DNA from: Fidelibacterota bacterium
GTDB lineage: Bacteria > Fidelibacterota > Marinisomatia > Marinisomatales > Marinisomataceae
Assembly: GCA_036165075.1 (NCBI GenBank)
Contig: JAYZIW010000029.1
Span: forward strand, 1-39,089
Direction of reading: 5' to 3'
DNA length: 39,089 nucleotides
Shown: one piece after another, positions 35,901 to 39,089 of the stretch
Numbering within the stretch: the first letter of the stretch is position 1
Layout: every line of letters starts with the position of its first letter
Notes under the pieces: generated by a model
Seen by the model: only the letters and a program-made list of their open reading frames with translations
Told to the model about the DNA's origin: nothing
Databases searched by the model: none
Translations under genes and position numbers: made by a program

Positions 35901-38900
35901 GAATGGTACTGGCGATAGAATTCAGGCTGGAGGTAAATACCCTGATAGTGAAGACCTAGATCAGTCAGGTTTCTTAGATAGGACAAATGATTATTTTACA
36001 AAAACTATTTCTTTAGATGATAGTACATATGTTGCTGGTTCTACTATAGTAGATGGCACAGAGACAGGTTGGAAATTAATAAGAATACCTTTAAATCATT
36101 TTTCTAAAGTACAGGATATTACGCTTAGCGAAATTAAATATGTAAGGCTTGTAGTATCTGGAATTGATAAACCCTCACAGCTAGAGATTGCAAAAATTGA
36201 ACTTGTAGGAAATGCATGGGAAGAGATGGGTACATCTCTTGTAGACGAAGATAACTATACAGTACAAGATAGTACATTTTTAGTGACAGTCGTTAACGAT
36301 GAAGATAATCCTGACTATATACCTCCTAAAGGTGTTTTTGGTGAGTATGATCAAATCAATAAGATACGATCCAAAGAGCAATCTTTAGTTCTCAAGTTTG
36401 ATAATTTAAATCCAGACTTTAAAGGAGCAGCAAAGAAAATTTTATCTTCTATGACATCTCAAAAAGGACAAAGCTTTTTGATGTACGATCAAATGAAAAT
36501 GTTTGTTTATGGTGATAGTGAAAATGCATCAGATAGTAATACTGATTTACAATTTTTTATAAAATTTGGTACTGGAGATGAATATTATAAGTTAACGAAG
36601 CCAGTATATGATGGTTGGGATGAAGATGAACAAAGAAATGCCGTAGATCTTGATCTTAATTGGTTAACCAGTTTAAAGAATATAGATGAAGAGTCTATTG
36701 AAAAGATTAATGCCAATGACACCTTTACTGATTCATTAGAATATAAAAGATATCAATTTATTGACGATAATAATCAAGAGTATAAAAAAGTTGAGATTGT
36801 AGGTCGACCTTCATTATCAAGATTACAATATTTTATTGTAGGAGTTGAAAATAATACTAACCATCCAATTACAGGTGAGATTTGGTTAGATGAGCTTCGC
36901 TTAAGTGGAGTAAAAAAGGAAGATGGAACCGCAGTAAGATTAAAATCTGAATTTAATTTATCTGATTTTAATAAGAGCTCTATATCTTATAGTAAAAAAG
37001 ATGCAGATTTCCACATTCTCCAAGAAAGAGTAGGAACAAATACTACAACTGAAAGTCTTATTTTTACAAATAATATGCAGATCGGAAGTTTATTCCCTCA
37101 AAGATTTGGTATTTCTTTTCCAGTTAATATGACTTATAACATGCAAAATAATGCACCAAAATTTTTTCCAGGAACTGATATTAGAACTAACGGGGCAACA
37201 CCAGACTCTATACTCGTAAAGTCATCTACAATTTCTTTAAACGGTAAGATATCAAAGCAAATTAAATCAGAAAATCCTTTCGTTAAATACACAATTGACA
37301 ATCTTAGTGCATCATTCAATATGTCCAATCAAAATAGATCTGATGAGATTATGGAGTCAGTAGATACTCAGAGATTAACCACAAATGTTGATTATAATCT
37401 CAGATTTCCTAGCGATAACTATGTTGAAGCATTTAAATGGATGTCAAAGGTGCCAGTTATTGGAGAAAAGATTGGTGAAACTAAGTTTTTTTATACCCCA
37501 ACATCATTTGCTACAGGAATAAGAATTAATCGGAATTTAACAGAAAAGCAATCAAGGTCTAATCCAGAGTTAATTGATGATTTTAATTTAGGTTTAGATA
37601 GAAAGTTTAGTATTAATTATAAGGTATTTGATAATACACAGTTTACATACAATAAAAATATTAAAAGTGATATGTCTGAATATAGGGAAGAAGTATTAGA
37701 TAATTTGAAAATAGGAAAGATTGTAAATAGCACTGAATCTTTTGGATCTACATTCAATCCTCAATGGTTGAGTTGGTTTAAACCAAATTTTACTTACAAC
37801 ACAAATTATTCATGGAACAAACCTTTATCTAGTGTGATTAATGGAGCAAATATATCTGCTGTTAAAAATACAGGCATTAATTTTGCATTATCTGGTACAG
37901 AAATTATTGAGACATTTTATACTCCAGCCTCTAAAAGAAAAGCAACAACTCCAACAACCAGATCAAGATCTGCGCCGGCAGGCTTATCAAGAGGTAGTGA
38001 TAGTGAAGCTGAAGACAAAGAAAACAATAAAAATCTTGAATTGGATAAATCTGAGAAGAAAAAGAAAGATAGAAAAATAGAAAATAGTTTCGTCATGGAA
38101 CGAATTTATCAAATGTCAAAAAAAATAGAACCCTTAAGTATTGCTATCACTAATAATACAAATCGAACGGGCAATGGTGTCATGGGCGATGTTCCTTTGA
38201 GCTATAGATTTGGATTAAGCAGTGATCATGAATTAGAGAATGCACCAGAAGTGGGTCTTAATACAGGAGCAGAGGATATCAAAAAATCATTATCAATTAG
38301 AACAGGGGTGCGTTTTAATCCGAGCACGTCTTTAAATATATCTTTTTCTGAAAGTATTTCATCTAATATTAATGGTTATAACATTGATACAAGATCTATA
38401 AGCAGAGATTACCTTGCATATGGTAACAAGCTATCAAAAGGTATACCTTTTTCTAATTGGTCTTTACGTGTAGGAGGTTTAGAAAAAATTAAGTTTATAT
38501 CTCCTTATGTTAATTCTCTTTCTTTAGAGCATTCGTTTAGCGGAAAAGAGAATTTATCTTGGAAATTTAATGATGACAGTATTGGTGCAATTGATTTATT
38601 TAGTATCTCATCATTTGCAAATGATAATGATAATAATAGACAGTTTTCACGCACTTCTCGTAGTTTTACACCACTCTTAGGAGTTACCACTTCTTTTAAA
38701 AATGGTATATCAACAAATGTCAGAACTAATATTACTCATACTTTAGATGAGGTTGCAAATGGTCTAACTTATATTTCTGATAATAGCATATTAGCTAGTA
38801 TCACCTATAATTTTTCCAAGGGTATTAGATTTTCATTACCATTTACAGAAAGAAATGTATACTTAAAAAATAATATGAATATCACTTTAAATTTTGATAT

Positions 38901-39089
38901 TAGTCAGAAAAAAGAAGAAGGGTCAAAAGATAAGATTAATTTTGCTGAACAAAACTTTACCAACACAATGAAGAGCGTATTACGCGTGACTTACTCATTA
39001 ACAGATGATGTCTCTGGCAGCTTATTTTATGAATATCGTGAAAATGATACTAGATTAACAGGACGTAGAATTGATCGTGATTTTGGAGT
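32902..39089 (+). CDS. sprA: T9SS translocon / gliding-motility protein SprA, N-terminal ~2,062 codons (3' end beyond the window)
   Basis: - Not in the ORF track, because there is no stop in the window.
- ATG at 32902, 8 nt inside the rdgB 3' end. My hand translation gives MRKIYLSTIFLFLSQVMG....
- The conserved SprA N-terminal block follows: FKFDQKQQLNVQGKVGERITISLDQNSERDFDWENTIRVDYAGDEDDILQKLEIGNISLALPSTEFVTFSGQNKGLFGVKALSQLGPLNITSIASLERTKKQSE.
- The frame stays open at every place I spot-checked (35581-35760, 37801-38160, 39061-39089).
- The track shows no frame-1 fragments, as expected for one uninterrupted frame. Confidence 0.88.
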   Translation, partial: MRKIYLSTIFLFLSQVMGVENPYDKSIVTDPFFKKQTANFCLNDLSNYPIGIFNTTQSLKKYNVTLNVDSNLIQISESTFNRTNVIPYISSLDNYLKDLYAINQQYNFQEPFSLSASDTTIASNKGRYLEVADFDLGALGRASLRVQGNINLSGKLVNQDQELVRSSYKEQEKTNFKFDQKQQLNVQGKVGERITISLDQNSERDFDWENTIRVDYAGDEDDILQKLEIGNISLALPSTEFVTFSGQNKGLFGVKALSQLGPLNITSIASLERTKKQSEKYKGTSEVRENKIEDYEYRKNLYFFIHEWFRNGSSDIIPDNGFQVNVPSYYPLNNGLHSIGNLVVRNFELYKIDASNNPQADPGTAYIDPNDTTLYNDSSKEGAFIKLERGSDYSINEDLGFIRMQNTLQNEIIGTHFELANRTTGEIVLKVGANIEDDGSAALVLKMLKAQSPHPNHPTWDLMFKNVYSLGATNIDETSLEVRIMDNFSTPVSDRTSSGSTFLNLFGLDDLNQAGASSPDEIIDFNNPNIVNLKAGEIHLPALLPFVSSANLDGGNDNSTLNPLLQQGKMYTSTNRTEYTGDSRFTIAANYTNPKSIINLGFTLVEGSEEIYSNGEKLERGQDYQIDYFSGMIMLTGNIDPNSDLEIVYDKHDLVTFDRKIMVGSRAQIDFDKNSFLGMTALYYNQDIVNKKVEVGFEPIRNFIWDINGRYEKDLENLSASLNNLDMFNAEKLSRFTLEGEIAQVLPNPNSISNSATGDSDGVAYIDDFEGSKRVTNPSILRRFWNISSAPLNLDTNESFDQRNRARMHWYNPYSQVLTNNIWPNISTSQRAQNLTTDILVLDFEPKEYQETVDPDSIWAGVITPMFISDYDQTRSRFFEIWLRGDEGNLTVDLGKISEDYNGNGALNNEDVPDAGLALGNGFLEDSEDTGLDGCFDSFEDGWGDCLNQEDGLTYQDYLSSGEISIINASSDVDTSDPNGDNWDYVEGSSDYTKVNGTEGNGTGDRIQAGGKYPDSEDLDQSGFLDRTNDYFTKTISLDDSTYVAGSTIVDGTETGWKLIRIPLNHFSKVQDITLSEIKYVRLVVSGIDKPSQLEIAKIELVGNAWEEMGTSLVDEDNYTVQDSTFLVTVVNDEDNPDYIPPKGVFGEYDQINKIRSKEQSLVLKFDNLNPDFKGAAKKILSSMTSQKGQSFLMYDQMKMFVYGDSENASDSNTDLQFFIKFGTGDEYYKLTKPVYDGWDEDEQRNAVDLDLNWLTSLKNIDEESIEKINANDTFTDSLEYKRYQFIDDNNQEYKKVEIVGRPSLSRLQYFIVGVENNTNHPITGEIWLDELRLSGVKKEDGTAVRLKSEFNLSDFNKSSISYSKKDADFHILQERVGTNTTTESLIFTNNMQIGSLFPQRFGISFPVNMTYNMQNNAPKFFPGTDIRTNGATPDSILVKSSTISLNGKISKQIKSENPFVKYTIDNLSASFNMSNQNRSDEIMESVDTQRLTTNVDYNLRFPSDNYVEAFKWMSKVPVIGEKIGETKFFYTPTSFATGIRINRNLTEKQSRSNPELIDDFNLGLDRKFSINYKVFDNTQFTYNKNIKSDMSEYREEVLDNLKIGKIVNSTESFGSTFNPQWLSWFKPNFTYNTNYSWNKPLSSVINGANISAVKNTGINFALSGTEIIETFYTPASKRKATTPTTRSRSAPAGLSRGSDSEAEDKENNKNLELDKSEKKKKDRKIENSFVMERIYQMSKKIEPLSIAITNNTNRTGNGVMGDVPLSYRFGLSSDHELENAPEVGLNTGAEDIKKSLSIRTGVRFNPSTSLNISFSESISSNINGYNIDTRSISRDYLAYGNKLSKGIPFSNWSLRVGGLEKIKFISPYVNSLSLEHSFSGKENLSWKFNDDSIGAIDLFSISSFANDNDNNRQFSRTSRSFTPLLGVTTSFKNGISTNVRTNITHTLDEVANGLTYISDNSILASITYNFSKGIRFSLPFTERNVYLKNNMNITLNFDISQKKEEGSKDKINFAEQNFTNTMKSVLRVTYSLTDDVSGSLFYEYRENDTRLTGRRIDRDFG

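Noticed and set aside
32910-39089. The apparent 6-kb ORF desert could have meant non-coding DNA, a decayed pseudogene or an alternative genetic code.
   Set aside because: Frame 1 is open from ATG 32902 to the window end wherever I translated it, and it encodes recognisable SprA sequence. Every other gene in the window terminates sensibly with standard stops. The track simply omits ORFs that lack a stop in the window.

Overview
The window is AT-rich and very tightly packed. By my tally only about 0.7 kb of 39.1 kb is intergenic. I call 31 protein-coding genes (two truncated by the window edges) and one tRNA-Phe(GAA). All calls rest on reading the translations and recalling family motifs; no searches were run.

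Most of the content is housekeeping:
- Translation and DNA topology: mnmA, glyQS, hisS, topA, rdgB.
- Envelope: LptD-like protein and SprA.
- Transport: a TonB-dependent receptor, an RND efflux operon and an FTR1 iron permease.
- Small-molecule metabolism: GGT, SDRs, HAD, Nudix and a PfkB kinase.

The SprA-type type IX secretion (T9SS) translocon, the TonB receptor with an N-terminal CarboxypepD_reg-like domain, and the Bacteroidetes-style LptD point to a streamlined FCB-group (Bacteroidota-related) marine bacterium. Several genes carry purine-rich Shine-Dalgarno (SD)-like sites.

Two genes are missing from the ORF track because they have no stop codon inside the window:
- A 6.2-kb open frame (32902-39089, +) encodes the first ~2,060 aa of SprA.
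- An 82-codon start of a LytR_C-like protein lies at 1-248 (-).

I see no CRISPR array, integrase or transposase, prophage, toxin-antitoxin pair or recognisable defence island.

The most system-like candidates are all moderate-interest and inference-heavy:
1. A VOC-cupredoxin-FTR1 operon whose permease has an enlarged loop and a C-terminal CxxC-x11-CxxC tail.
2. A TonB receptor, internal hairpin, gamma-glutamyltranspeptidase and overlapping FGase-like lipoprotein array.
3. A tRNA-Phe/SRPBCC/DUF2878-like/OMF/MFP/RND array with almost no spacers.
4. A stand-alone GlmU uridyltransferase domain.
5. An orphan CcmH translationally coupled to topA.
6. A cluster of DECR-like SDR, DHRS4-like SDR, HAD and CoA-pyrophosphatase genes with overlapping start and stop codons.
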